A stretch of 64,000 bases of DNA from positions 3,200,001 through 3,264,000 of the forward strand of contig CP170459.1 in NCBI GenBank assembly GCA_047947115.1. The letters run 5' to 3'. This document shows positions 21,072-31,152 of the stretch, piece by piece. How positions within the stretch are numbered: position 1 is the stretch's first letter; each line of letters opens with the position of its first letter. Position numbers and translations under genes: made by a program. The notes beneath the pieces are model-generated. The model was given only the letters and a program-made list of their open reading frames with translations. It ran no database searches and was not told the origin of the DNA. The DNA is from Verrucomicrobiota bacterium. Its GTDB lineage: Bacteria; Verrucomicrobiota; Verrucomicrobiia; Limisphaerales; AAA164-E04.

Positions 21072-23648
21072 TCAGTTGAACTTTAGGAGTTCCTCTACGG
21101 TCCACATGTCTTCACGACCGGGGTATTGATCCCGGATGGCTTTGATTTCCTCTGGTTCAACCGGACTGGCAGTGTGTCCCCATTCACGGCGGACGTAAGT
21201 CATGATGGAAGCCAGTTGTTCGTCATCAAAAACAGCCAATCCTGGCATCACGAGTTCCCATTGTTTTCCTTGTATTTCGATGGGGCCTTGCAAACCGTGA
21301 AGCACGATGCGGATCATGCGTTCTTTGGATCCGGTTGACCAATCGGAGTCCTTCAGCGGCGGGGCCAACCCTTCCTGTCCCATGCCATGAGGTTGGTGGC
21401 AAGCGCCGCAACTGATCAGGAACAGATCACGCCCGGTATCAAAGCGCTTTTGTTGTTCCGCCGTAAGTGGTGCCACTACTGCGGTGTTGATGACCAGGTC
21501 CGCTTTGCCTGGCCAGCTGAACGCATCATAGAGCGCTTTGGCCAGTTCGGAAAGTTTCGCATCGGGCGAAGATGCCAAGGTGGTGAGAGAGTGAAGCGGG
21601 GAGTCCAAACGAATGGGGGCACCCGCGGGAACCCACTCACCTTGGGAACGTTTGAAGGCTGCATCGCGGAATCCGGTCAACAGGCTGGTGGCTTCATGTG
21701 TTTTCAACTCAGTAGCGGTTTCAAAGGTGGATTTGATGGATGAAACGTCGCGGGACCGCATGATGCAGCTGGCCAATTCCGTCAGGATGGTGGTGGCGGC
21801 TTCCGGATTTTTCTGACTCCACCAGGGTGACTGGGCAAGCACACAGTTCAGTAATGCCGCTTCTTTACCTTCGACTCCGGAGAGAACGGCGCTTCGGATG
21901 TATTCATTGGTGGCGTTACGTGTCAAGATCGACGCCAGGGCTTCCAATGCATCTTTGCTGTCGGTCTCGCCAAGGGTCAATGCCAACTGCATTTGAACTT
22001 CCGGCACGTCAAACTGGTGACTCAGCAATTGTTCGATGACCACCGGTTGTTGGGAGCTGGTAAGGTGTTTTTCGGACAAACGAATCGCGGCCGAACGGAC
22101 CTTTGGGTGACTTGATTGAAGGGCATCCTTCAACACAACCCAGTCAAGGCCGCCCATGCCATCCAGTGTCCACAGAGCATGCAGTTGAGCCAGCGGATTG
22201 CGGCTTGATTTCGCCATTTCCGACAGGAGAGGGATGAGGTTGGCGTCGCTTTTCTCGACCAGCAATCGTTGAGCCGTGCTGCGGGTCCATCCGTTGGGGT
22301 GATTGAATTGTTGTGCCAGATCGGAGGCGGACATTTTGGATAATTTCGCGCCTGGGGCGACATCCTTGCCTTTGTAGACCACCTTGTAGATGCGTCCCAG
22401 TCCGATGGGTTCATAAAGCCCTCGATCTTCAATCTGCTGGCGCAGGAAAGAGGTGAGGTAAAAACGGTGTTGGATCAGCCCGCGATAAAAGTCCACAATA
22501 TAGAGTGCTCCATCGGGTCCGTTGTAGGCATTGACCGGTCGAAAACGTTCGTCGGTGGAGGTTAAAAACTCCATTTCATGGTAAGCATTGTTGGAGGCCA
22601 GGATGCCGTTGGATTCGGTCAGTATGTTGCGCCGGACCAAATTCCCGGCCGGTTCAGAGACAAAAGCGTTGCCAACGTATTCGGAAGGAAACTGGCTGCC
22701 TCGGTAAATGACCGGGCCGCAGGCCGCGGTGTATTTGGCGAGTGTGCCATCTTCGCGCAAGGTTCCACGGCGATAGCCGCGGTTGACTCCCGGGTTGATG
22801 CGTGAGGGCCAGACGGTCTGATCTTTTGCAATCCGAACGCTTGCTCCTTTTGCGCCCCGGTAATTGCTGTTTCTACCGAGATAAGCTGCGGGCAGGAGAT
22901 CTCCCCGGAGTTGATCGCTGTTGGAGTTGTAAATGATGCGGCCGAAATTGTCCTGACTGATGCCCCATTGTCCGCGTGAGTGTGTTTCTTCACGCAGCCA
23001 TTCACCGTCCTTGTAACGGAACCGAGTGGTGTGATTTGCGCTGTATATCCAATTGTCCAAAGCCCACATCAGACCGTTGGATGCGTGTTCGGGATTAGAA
23101 CGCATGCCGTGTTTGGGGTCGTTTTGTGTGGCATAATCGTTGGCGATTTCGGTGCGTTTATCGCATTTCAGGTCGCCGTCCAAGTCTTTGCAATACCAGA
23201 GGCGGGGAGGTTCGGCCACCACAAGGCCTCCGTCGATCAGTGCTATGGCACGCGGCATGACCAAACCATCCAGAAAGACGGTTGATTTGTCCATTTTACC
23301 GTCCTGATCGGTGTCTTCCAGTACAACGATGCGTCCGACCGGTTCGGACTCGTTTGTGCCTTCGATATTCGGCATGTATCCGCGCATCTCCACCACCCAG
23401 ATGCGTCCGTCCTGGTCGAATTCCATGGCGACAGGATCGCCAACAAGAGGTTCGGAAGCAACTAATTGGATATCGAATTCCGGTGGGAGCTTGAATGAGG
23501 CAAGAGCATCCTCCGGTGTCAGGGGAGGGGACGGCGGCAATTTGAGGTGATCCGGCAGTGGAGCCTGGTTTTCACCGGCTTTGTCTCCGTTCTGGGCCAT
23601 GGCGATCCATGGCAACGCGCTGATCAAAGTGATGGCAATAAACTTCAT
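21072..23648 (-). CDS. PVC-type membrane-bound dehydrogenase-like protein (beta-propeller + HEAT repeats + cytochrome c)
   Basis: Signal peptide; LVASEPLVGDPVAMEFD.DGRIWVVEM, EFLTSTDERFRPV..GPDGALYIVD; C-terminal CGACH..LAPPL..MP. Confidence 0.85.
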   Translation of the reverse strand: MKFIAITLISALPWIAMAQNGDKAGENQAPLPDHLKLPPSPPLTPEDALASFKLPPEFDIQLVASEPLVGDPVAMEFDQDGRIWVVEMRGYMPNIEGTNESEPVGRIVVLEDTDQDGKMDKSTVFLDGLVMPRAIALIDGGLVVAEPPRLWYCKDLDGDLKCDKRTEIANDYATQNDPKHGMRSNPEHASNGLMWALDNWIYSANHTTRFRYKDGEWLREETHSRGQWGISQDNFGRIIYNSNSDQLRGDLLPAAYLGRNSNYRGAKGASVRIAKDQTVWPSRINPGVNRGYRRGTLREDGTLAKYTAACGPVIYRGSQFPSEYVGNAFVSEPAGNLVRRNILTESNGILASNNAYHEMEFLTSTDERFRPVNAYNGPDGALYIVDFYRGLIQHRFYLTSFLRQQIEDRGLYEPIGLGRIYKVVYKGKDVAPGAKLSKMSASDLAQQFNHPNGWTRSTAQRLLVEKSDANLIPLLSEMAKSSRNPLAQLHALWTLDGMGGLDWVVLKDALQSSHPKVRSAAIRLSEKHLTSSQQPVVIEQLLSHQFDVPEVQMQLALTLGETDSKDALEALASILTRNATNEYIRSAVLSGVEGKEAALLNCVLAQSPWWSQKNPEAATTILTELASCIMRSRDVSSIKSTFETATELKTHEATSLLTGFRDAAFKRSQGEWVPAGAPIRLDSPLHSLTTLASSPDAKLSELAKALYDAFSWPGKADLVINTAVVAPLTAEQQKRFDTGRDLFLISCGACHQPHGMGQEGLAPPLKDSDWSTGSKERMIRIVLHGLQGPIEIQGKQWELVMPGLAVFDDEQLASIMTYVRREWGHTASPVEPEEIKAIRDQYPGREDMWTVEELLKFN

Positions 23649-23749
23649 GATGAACTAAGATTGGACGTAACCTAACGGTCTCCATTCACCATGGCAATCC
23701 TAAGGAACGAACAAATTGTGTCCACGGCCCATTTGCTTTAAAAAAAACG

Positions 23750-23776
23750 GGAATATTTGGGCCATCAGGAATCTCT
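23750..23776 (+). promoter_or_regulatory. possible ECF-type autoregulatory promoter
   Basis: GGAATA-N17-CTCT upstream of the ECF sigma gene, preceded by an A-tract. Confidence 0.3.
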
Positions 23777-23861
23777 GGTTCTGTGTTGTCAGGTGTAAAG
23801 AGGCTTGATGAGGGGCGATCTTACACAACATGGGCCATGAACCCCAAATAAACCACTAGGA

Positions 23862-24443
23862 ATGACTGCAGCAATCAAATCGGAAAAGACATTTGAAGAG
23901 ATTGTGCAACAACACTATGAGGCCTTGTATCGATTTGCCCACAGTTTGTCGCGTAATGCAAACGATGCGTGTGATTTAACGCAGCAGACCTTCTTCCTGT
24001 GGGCGAGCAAGGGACATCAGTTGCGGGACAAAAGCAAGGTGAAATCCTGGCTTTTTACCACACTTTACCGTGAATTTCTCGGTATCCGGCGCAAGCAAAC
24101 GCGGTTTCCCCAGGTCGAAGTGGAGCAGGTGGAGCACGTGATGCCGAGCATTTCACCGAACATGGTGAACGAACTGGATGGGGACACGATTGTTGATTTG
24201 CTTCACAGTATTGAGGAGACCTACCGGGTGCCTCTCACGTTGTTTTACTTGCAGCAGCATTCCTATCTTGAGATTGCCGGAATCCTGAATATACCGATTG
24301 GAACGGTGATGTCTCGACTTTCCAGAGGTAAATCCCAGTTGCGCACACTCATACGATCCCATGACTCAGGGGGGATTAAAAAAAAGATTGTTCCCATGAA
24401 TCCTGAAGCCCCGGGAAATATGAAAACGGGGAACGGACATTAA
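23862..24443 (+). CDS. ECF RNA polymerase sigma factor
   Basis: DACDLTQQTF, KSWLFTTLYRE, SYLEIAGILNIPIGTVMSRLSRGK. Confidence 0.93.
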   Translation: MTAAIKSEKTFEEIVQQHYEALYRFAHSLSRNANDACDLTQQTFFLWASKGHQLRDKSKVKSWLFTTLYREFLGIRRKQTRFPQVEVEQVEHVMPSISPNMVNELDGDTIVDLLHSIEETYRVPLTLFYLQQHSYLEIAGILNIPIGTVMSRLSRGKSQLRTLIRSHDSGGIKKKIVPMNPEAPGNMKTGNGH

Positions 24444-24461
24444 CTTTACCAGATCACGAAG

Positions 24462-25199
24462 ATGACACGCGAAGAAGCCAAGTTTCTTTTAAGGGCGTAC
24501 CGCCCAGACGGACAAGATGCCGGACTTCCGGAATTTGCCAGGGCGCTGGAATGGGTGGATCAGGATCCTGAACTCAAACAGTGGTTCGAATCGGAAAACG
24601 CGTTTGACCGGGCCATGGTGACAAAGGTGAATCAGGAGAAGGTTCCCGAGGATCTGTTGGCCAGCATTCTTGTAGCCAACAAAGTGGCCCGACCGCCCCG
24701 CACTGCCTGGACCCTGGGGGGGGTGAAGTGGGCTGTAGCTGTGGTGTTTGCCGGTGCCATTCTCATGACCGCTCTCAAAGGGCGTGGGAATGATGATCTG
24801 GCGCCTTTTCGCAGTGATGTGATGGCGCACCTCAAGGTTCCCGGGCATCAGTTTGATTTTGAAGCAAAGAATTTTTCAGAACTGAAATCCTGGATGGATG
24901 CCCGGGACATTAAAATGGATGTGGGGCCCATTGATCATCTGACCTCTCTTCCGACACATGGCTGCAAGATCATGGACTGGGGGGGGCAGATCGTCACGTT
25001 GATCTGTTTTGAACTGCCTGATCGCCGAAACGTCCATCTTTTTGTGTTCCATGAAATGCAGATGGCCGATCCCAAAGGCCTGGAGGAACCGCTGTGGCAG
25101 GAAGAAGAAGGTTGGACAACCGTGGGTTGGACGACAGGTTCTGATCTCTTCATGTTGGCTGGACAGATTCCAAAGCAGGATTTGCGGCAATACCTTTGA
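24462..25199 (+). CDS. putative membrane-anchored anti-sigma factor
   Basis: Directly downstream of the sigma gene; single central TM, extracytoplasmic domain with GC..W..V.LICF..VHLFV. Confidence 0.7.
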   Translation: MTREEAKFLLRAYRPDGQDAGLPEFARALEWVDQDPELKQWFESENAFDRAMVTKVNQEKVPEDLLASILVANKVARPPRTAWTLGGVKWAVAVVFAGAILMTALKGRGNDDLAPFRSDVMAHLKVPGHQFDFEAKNFSELKSWMDARDIKMDVGPIDHLTSLPTHGCKIMDWGGQIVTLICFELPDRRNVHLFVFHEMQMADPKGLEEPLWQEEEGWTTVGWTTGSDLFMLAGQIPKQDLRQYL

Positions 25200-25212
25200 C
25201 GTTTTCGCTGTG

Positions 25213-25248
25213 TTGACGGTTGGGGGTGGGGTGGCATAGGTTGCTTGC
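25213..25248 (+). promoter_or_regulatory. putative sigma70 promoter, leaderless uvrB
   Basis: TTGACG-N18-TAGGTT-N6-ATG. Confidence 0.5.
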
Positions 25249-27324
25249 ATGTTTGATTTGGAGGCACCTTTTCCACCTGCGGGTGATCAGCCGGAAGCGA
25301 TTCGGAAGCTGAGCGGAGGATTGCGGAGCGGTAACCGGCATCAGGTGCTCCTGGGAGTGACCGGTTCGGGCAAGACCTATACCATTGCCAATGTCATCGC
25401 CGAAATACAGCGTCCGACGCTGATCATTTCTCATAACAAAACATTGGCAGCCCAATTGTATTCCGAATTCAAAGGATTCTTCCCCCGGAATGCCGTTGAG
25501 TATTTTGTCAGTTACTTTGATTACTACCAGCCCGAGGCATACCTGCCTCAGACCGACACGTTCATCGAGAAAGATTCAAGCATCAATGACGAGATCGAGA
25601 GGCTGCGTTTGTCGACCACCAGTTCGCTTGTCTCCCGACGTGACGTCATTGTGGTGGCGAGTGTGTCCTGCATCTACGGATTGGGAAGCAAGGAGGATTA
25701 CGAGGCCATGATGATTCCCTTGAAGGTGGGTGATGATCTGACGCGGGAACAGTTTCTCCACCGACTGGTGGATCTCCAATACGAACGGAATGACGTGGCT
25801 CTGACGCCCGGCAAGTTTCGTGTCAGAGGTGACACGGTCGAAGTCGCACCGGCCTATATGGAAGAGGGGATTCGACTGGAATTTTTCGGTGATGAATTGG
25901 ATCGGATGACGCAATTCGAAGTTCTGACCGGCCATCGCATTGATTCTCTGGAATACGTCACCATTTATCCGAGTAAGCAGTTCGTCACACCACGCGAAAA
26001 AATGAAGCGCGCCATTTTGTCCATTCGGGAAGAATTGACGGGGCGTATCGCCGAGTTTGAAAAGGACGGGAAGTTGCTGGAAGCGCAGCGCATCAAGATG
26101 CGCACCGAGTATGACCTGGAGATGATGGAGGAGATGGGATTCTGCTCCGGAATTGAGAACTATTCCAGACACATATCCGGGCGTCCTCCTGGATCCAAAC
26201 CTTATACGTTGCTGGATTTCTTTCCCGAAGATTACCTGTTGGTCATTGATGAATCACATGCAACGGTTCCGCAGATCGGTGGTATGTATGCGGGGGACCG
26301 TTCGCGTAAAACAGTGTTGGTGGAACATGGGTTTCGGCTGCCCAGCGCTTTGGACAACCGGCCTCTGAATTTTGACGAATTCCAGGATCATCAACATCAG
26401 ACCATTTATGTCAGCGCCACTCCAGCCGGTCGTGAATTGGAATGGGCCAGGAACCAGGTGGTCGAACAAATCGTTCGACCGACCGGCCTCGTGGACCCGG
26501 AGATCGTTGTTCGCCCGCTGCAAGGGCAGATTGATGACCTGATCGAGGAGGCTCGCAAGCGGGTGGAACTCAAGGAGCGTGTGCTGGTGACCACCCTGAC
26601 CAAACGGACGGCTGAGGAACTGACCGATTATCTGAATGAAATCGGTATTGAAGTACGCTATCTCCACAGTGAAATCGACGCTATTGAGCGAGTGGAAATT
26701 CTCAGGGCGTTACGAAGGGGAGAGTTTGATGTATTGGTGGGGATCAATCTTTTGAGGGAGGGATTGGATCTGCCGGAGGTTTCCATGGTAGCCATTCTGG
26801 ATGCAGACAAAGAGGGATACCTGCGTTCAACGACCAGTCTGGTTCAGACAGCAGGACGAGCCGCACGTCATCTGAATGGCAAGGTGTATCTTTATGCCGA
26901 CGTGATGACCAAAAGCATTCGCGAATTCCTTGCGATCTCGAAATATCGCCGGGAAAAGCAACTGGAACACAATCAAAAGCACGGCATTACTCCCAAGAGT
27001 GTCTCCCGCGCGGTGGAAGATGGCTTGTCCTATCAACTGCGAGGGCGCAAAGAGGCGGATATGGTTCTTCGGGAGACGGCTGAAAACCAGGATGTCACCG
27101 ACACCATCAAGGAACTCGAATCCGAAATGCAGGAGGCTTCATCCCGACTGGAGTTTGAAAAAGCCGCTTTGATACGGGATCAGATTCGAGAATTGAAACG
27201 GAGCGCGGGCATGGAAGTTGCCCCGCGCAAGAAGGCCGCTCCAACCAAAGTCAGCTACCAGACAAAAAACAAAAAGCGGCGATCCGTTCAGCTCAAGAAA
27301 ACCACTCGAAATACCGAAAAATGA
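25249..27324 (+). CDS. uvrB: excinuclease ABC subunit B
   Basis: PAGDQP, GVTGSGKT, SYFDYYQPEAY, DESH, GFRLPSALDNRPL, GINLLREGLD, C-terminal UVR motif. Confidence 0.98.
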   Translation: MFDLEAPFPPAGDQPEAIRKLSGGLRSGNRHQVLLGVTGSGKTYTIANVIAEIQRPTLIISHNKTLAAQLYSEFKGFFPRNAVEYFVSYFDYYQPEAYLPQTDTFIEKDSSINDEIERLRLSTTSSLVSRRDVIVVASVSCIYGLGSKEDYEAMMIPLKVGDDLTREQFLHRLVDLQYERNDVALTPGKFRVRGDTVEVAPAYMEEGIRLEFFGDELDRMTQFEVLTGHRIDSLEYVTIYPSKQFVTPREKMKRAILSIREELTGRIAEFEKDGKLLEAQRIKMRTEYDLEMMEEMGFCSGIENYSRHISGRPPGSKPYTLLDFFPEDYLLVIDESHATVPQIGGMYAGDRSRKTVLVEHGFRLPSALDNRPLNFDEFQDHQHQTIYVSATPAGRELEWARNQVVEQIVRPTGLVDPEIVVRPLQGQIDDLIEEARKRVELKERVLVTTLTKRTAEELTDYLNEIGIEVRYLHSEIDAIERVEILRALRRGEFDVLVGINLLREGLDLPEVSMVAILDADKEGYLRSTTSLVQTAGRAARHLNGKVYLYADVMTKSIREFLAISKYRREKQLEHNQKHGITPKSVSRAVEDGLSYQLRGRKEADMVLRETAENQDVTDTIKELESEMQEASSRLEFEKAALIRDQIRELKRSAGMEVAPRKKAAPTKVSYQTKNKKRRSVQLKKTTRNTEK

Positions 27325-27328
27325 CTGG

Positions 27329-27453
27329 TTATAACGTTTGCCAAAAGTAATTTCAGAAAAAACTCTGAGTCACTGCGTCCCTAGCGCAGCGGGCGTGAGA
27401 ATAAGAAGCATCAGCGAGCCCTTATGCTCAAATACTTTTGGCAATCAGTATAA
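27329..27453. mobile_element. MITE-like non-autonomous element (~125 bp)
   Basis: Terminal inverted repeats TTATAACGTTTGCCAAAAGTAATT / reverse complement TTATACTGATTGCCAAAAGTATTT (20/24 identical); no transposase. Confidence 0.55.
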
Positions 27454-27614
27454 TCAAAACTGGTTGAGTGTGGTTCTCAAGGAAGTGGGCATATTGCGAG
27501 GCAAAGACTCATCGGTCCGAGATGATTCAAACCGTGGAATCCGGTCAGATCAGCAATCAACGTGTGTTCGAGAACGACGGACTGGATCATGTTTGGCGAG
27601 ATCAGTGCTGCCGG

Positions 27615-30600
27615 TCACGCCTTTGGCGGCTCCACATTCAGTCCGTTCATTCCTGAGATCACCGAGCGGATATGCAGGTCACGTTGGGGGAAGGGGATTT
27701 CGATCCCTTCCATGTTGAAGCGTTCATGAATCTGGGTGTGTATCTCATGGATGGTTGCCAGTCGTTTGTCGAGGTTGGGAAGGTAACATCGCAGCACGAT
27801 ATTGAGCGAGCTGTCTCCAAACTGGTCGAATGCTGCGAATGGTGCCGGATCATCCATGACCTCGGGATGGTTGTTGGCGATTTCCAAAAGCAGATTCTTG
27901 GCTTTCTCGGTGTCGGAACCATAGGCCACTCCCACGGTAATCGTGATACGGTTGACAGTGTTGGTCAGGGTCCAGTTAAGTATTCTTCCGGTAATGAATT
28001 CCTTGTTGGGGACGATGAATTCCTGGCGATCCCAGTTCATGATGGTGGTGGCTCTGATCTGGATACGTGTGACCATGCCGGAAACATCCGATACGGTGAC
28101 AATATCACCAACCCGTATGGGGCGTTCGATGAACAGCAGGATTCCGCAGACAAAATTGGCAACGATTTCCTGAAGGCCGAAACCCAGACCCACACTCAGC
28201 GCGGCAAGAATCCATCCGAACTGGCTCCATTCAATACCGAAGAAACTCAATGCCCAAAGAACGCCTATGGATACAATGAGGTATTGGCAGATGGTGGTGA
28301 TGGCGTAGCGGTTTCCTGATTGTAGGGGGAGGTTTTGGAGGATGGCTATTTCGAGCACGCCCGGAATGTTTCTGGCAGCGGCGATGGTCAGCAGGCTGAC
28401 AATCAAAAACTGAATCAGATTGAGCAATGTGGTTGTATGAATGGTTTTGGTTCCGTCGACCACTACTTCGGAATCCCATACGACAAAGGTGTTGAGAAAG
28501 TTCAAAGCAGGCACAACTCCCGACCAAACCATCCAAAAACTGGCCAGAATGAGGCAGCCAACCAGAGTGCCCAAAAGTCTGCGGGGCTGTTCTTTCACAG
28601 CCGACAAATCCACATCGGGATCTTCCACGGCAGGCAGCGCCATTTCGTCCTGGGACACAGGAGATTCCTGTTGTGCGGTGCGTCTTTTTTCCAGGGCTTG
28701 TTCCAGGGCAATTTTTCGCTCTTGCACGTAAAAGTAGCGCAACCCCCAATCGTGGAGAACCATCGTGAATATCACCAGGCCGAAAGAAGCCAGCAAGCGC
28801 ATGCCCAGATGAACGGCGGCATAGTAGTATCCCAATATGGCGAGCAGTATCAGGGAAAGTGGAATCGCCAAGGTCAGTTTGATCCAGAAACCCGAGGTGC
28901 GCGCCAGCCATGATTTTGGATTGTCCTCAATAACTTTTGCGAACATGCCTGTGTTCGGGTGTAGGATGCTCCTCAGAAACAAGGTGGTGGCCCCCATGGA
29001 AACGATGAATGCCAGTCTTCCCATTGAATCCTTATAGGAGGGTTCCGCCTGATACTCCATCATGACCGTGATCCAACCTGTCAGGCTTGCCAGACTTACG
29101 AACCAGACCATGTGACGGCGGATCAACTTGATGGTCGCTTCCTTCCACCTGAAGTGAACCTCGGCGATTCCTTTTGGCCTGCATAGTTCCATCAGGAACA
29201 ACAGGGCGAACAAGTTGCAGCTGACAAAGAGCAGACTGGCCCCAAGCGCCTGGGAAAACTCAAGTTCCAGCGCCGTTTGGGTGAGTGCCTTGCCGACGAA
29301 TGCCACTGGCAGTGAGATAATGAGTGATTGCAGGAGCACCGTCACCATGAACAGGCTGGTGTGCCAGAAGGAGTCAGTGGAAATGCGCCTTGTCAACAGG
29401 GACCAGGTTTCCGCTTTTTTTCGGATACGTCGCCGCAAAACGAGCATGCTTCCCGAAAATAAAAGTACCATTGCCGACTGAAACGGCGTTTCTTGGGTGA
29501 CTTCTTTAATGGCAGAGCCCGCTTCCTTCCAGTGGTCCGGGCGAAACAACCATTTTGCGGCGTCCATCCATGGAGCTTTGATCCATCCCAGAACGGAAGT
29601 CGAAGTCGGAACCCACATCAGTTTTGCATCGAGAAAATCACGATAGTTTTTAACCGAAAGGATATAGCTTTCGTAGTCTGAATGGTACTTGCCCAGCCTG
29701 TCGATGAGGGAGCCATAATTTTCGCTCAACTGATTGAGGTAACCGCGTTGTTGAGTGAGCAGCTTTTCGGTTTCCATCAACAGATCGGAATATTGGTCGC
29801 TGTTCTGGATGTCCGTGTCCCCTGCGGTCAACAAGGCTTCGGGTGTGCTCAGGCTGTCCAGGTCTTCATCCGTTTGGAAGTCTTTCAGCCGGTATTCCCT
29901 GATGGTAGATTCCAGAACACTGTTTGTTTTTTCAAGTGCATTGATTGTGGGGAGTCGCCTGCGCTGGACAAGTAACAGGTCGACCAGTGTGCGATCGATT
30001 CCCAGAACTTCTATCTTTTTGCTAATGTCGGTAAATACTCCCCCGATACTGGTCAGTTTTTGTGTCAAGACCTCCTGTTCGGGAGTGAGTTCTCCCAATC
30101 GTTCTGCCACTTGAGAAATCTCGGTGGTTAATTTCGAATTGGTTTCGGCGATGAATTTGATGACTTCGTGTTTGTTGATCGCTTCCCTTTTGATGCGGTC
30201 TGCTTCTCGTTTCGCTTCGGCGGCTTCTTCCTGTCTGCGTTGGTTGACTCTTTCTTCCAGCGCCTTGACTTTGGCATCCAGCAAGGCAACGCGGCGCTGA
30301 TTCAAATCCTTGATCGCTCGGCGGAGATTAAGGCGGGTGTCATGACTGAGTGACTCCTGTTCCAGCCGCGTGATTTCATTCGATCGGGCTTGTCTCCGGG
30401 CTTCCAGCACCGCCAGTCGCGCTTTGGCTTCCAGAGGAGTTTCCTGCTCGGGAGGCGCTGCAGTCAGAGCGCTTGTGGTTTCTGCCAGCTTCTTCCTGGC
30501 CTCCTCCATTTCGACACGGTTTTTCTCCGGGCGAGTGGATTGTGTCTGGATTTCCGCATCCACCTTGTTGAGTTCGTTCTTGAGATCGGCAAGGCGGGCC

Positions 30601-31070
30601 TTCTCGGTGGTCAGAATTTGCTCAAGATCTTTGGAGCTTGCCGAGGGACTGATGTCTGCGAGGTGATTGGTTTGAGCGTTTGAACCACTGATTGCCGGCA
30701 ACGCTTCCAGTTGGGTTTTCAATGATTTGATCTCATCCGGTCCAGAGCTGATCAAGTTGCGAAACTGATCCGCCTCGCTTTTGAACGTGGCCGCTTGGGC
30801 AAACCGCTCCTGGGCCAGCTTGAATTGATCCGTGAGATTCTTTTTCAAGGTTTCGTCCAGATCCTGATTTGTCTCCAGCTGACTTAATTCCGATTTGATC
30901 TGATCGACGTTCCATGATGCAGACGAGCTCTGTGTTCCGCCATCTGTGGCTGTTACCGGGGTCTGTGCTTTCAGGAAACATGTTCCCAGTGCAAGGGCGA
31001 TTGCGATACCCAGGTAGGCTCTTTGTAAGAATTGCATGAAATGTGATGGTGGAATGCTTCCTTGTGGCAT
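27615..31070 (-). CDS. large MscS-family mechanosensitive channel (MscK/MscM-like)
   Basis: Long periplasmic coiled coil, multiple TMs, VGLGFGLQEIVANFVCG..ERPIRVGD, IVPNKEF, GVAYGSD, IEIPFPQRD. Confidence 0.92.
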   Translation of the reverse strand: MPQGSIPPSHFMQFLQRAYLGIAIALALGTCFLKAQTPVTATDGGTQSSSASWNVDQIKSELSQLETNQDLDETLKKNLTDQFKLAQERFAQAATFKSEADQFRNLISSGPDEIKSLKTQLEALPAISGSNAQTNHLADISPSASSKDLEQILTTEKARLADLKNELNKVDAEIQTQSTRPEKNRVEMEEARKKLAETTSALTAAPPEQETPLEAKARLAVLEARRQARSNEITRLEQESLSHDTRLNLRRAIKDLNQRRVALLDAKVKALEERVNQRRQEEAAEAKREADRIKREAINKHEVIKFIAETNSKLTTEISQVAERLGELTPEQEVLTQKLTSIGGVFTDISKKIEVLGIDRTLVDLLLVQRRRLPTINALEKTNSVLESTIREYRLKDFQTDEDLDSLSTPEALLTAGDTDIQNSDQYSDLLMETEKLLTQQRGYLNQLSENYGSLIDRLGKYHSDYESYILSVKNYRDFLDAKLMWVPTSTSVLGWIKAPWMDAAKWLFRPDHWKEAGSAIKEVTQETPFQSAMVLLFSGSMLVLRRRIRKKAETWSLLTRRISTDSFWHTSLFMVTVLLQSLIISLPVAFVGKALTQTALELEFSQALGASLLFVSCNLFALLFLMELCRPKGIAEVHFRWKEATIKLIRRHMVWFVSLASLTGWITVMMEYQAEPSYKDSMGRLAFIVSMGATTLFLRSILHPNTGMFAKVIEDNPKSWLARTSGFWIKLTLAIPLSLILLAILGYYYAAVHLGMRLLASFGLVIFTMVLHDWGLRYFYVQERKIALEQALEKRRTAQQESPVSQDEMALPAVEDPDVDLSAVKEQPRRLLGTLVGCLILASFWMVWSGVVPALNFLNTFVVWDSEVVVDGTKTIHTTTLLNLIQFLIVSLLTIAAARNIPGVLEIAILQNLPLQSGNRYAITTICQYLIVSIGVLWALSFFGIEWSQFGWILAALSVGLGFGLQEIVANFVCGILLFIERPIRVGDIVTVSDVSGMVTRIQIRATTIMNWDRQEFIVPNKEFITGRILNWTLTNTVNRITITVGVAYGSDTEKAKNLLLEIANNHPEVMDDPAPFAAFDQFGDSSLNIVLRCYLPNLDKRLATIHEIHTQIHERFNMEGIEIPFPQRDLHIRSVISGMNGLNVEPPKA

Positions 31071-31152
31071 CCTTGATTATTTCCGATTCACTCGGATCAA
31101 GCCCCAATATTCTTCATCCCCTCGAAACTGCATGTCGGAATTATCAAAGAGA

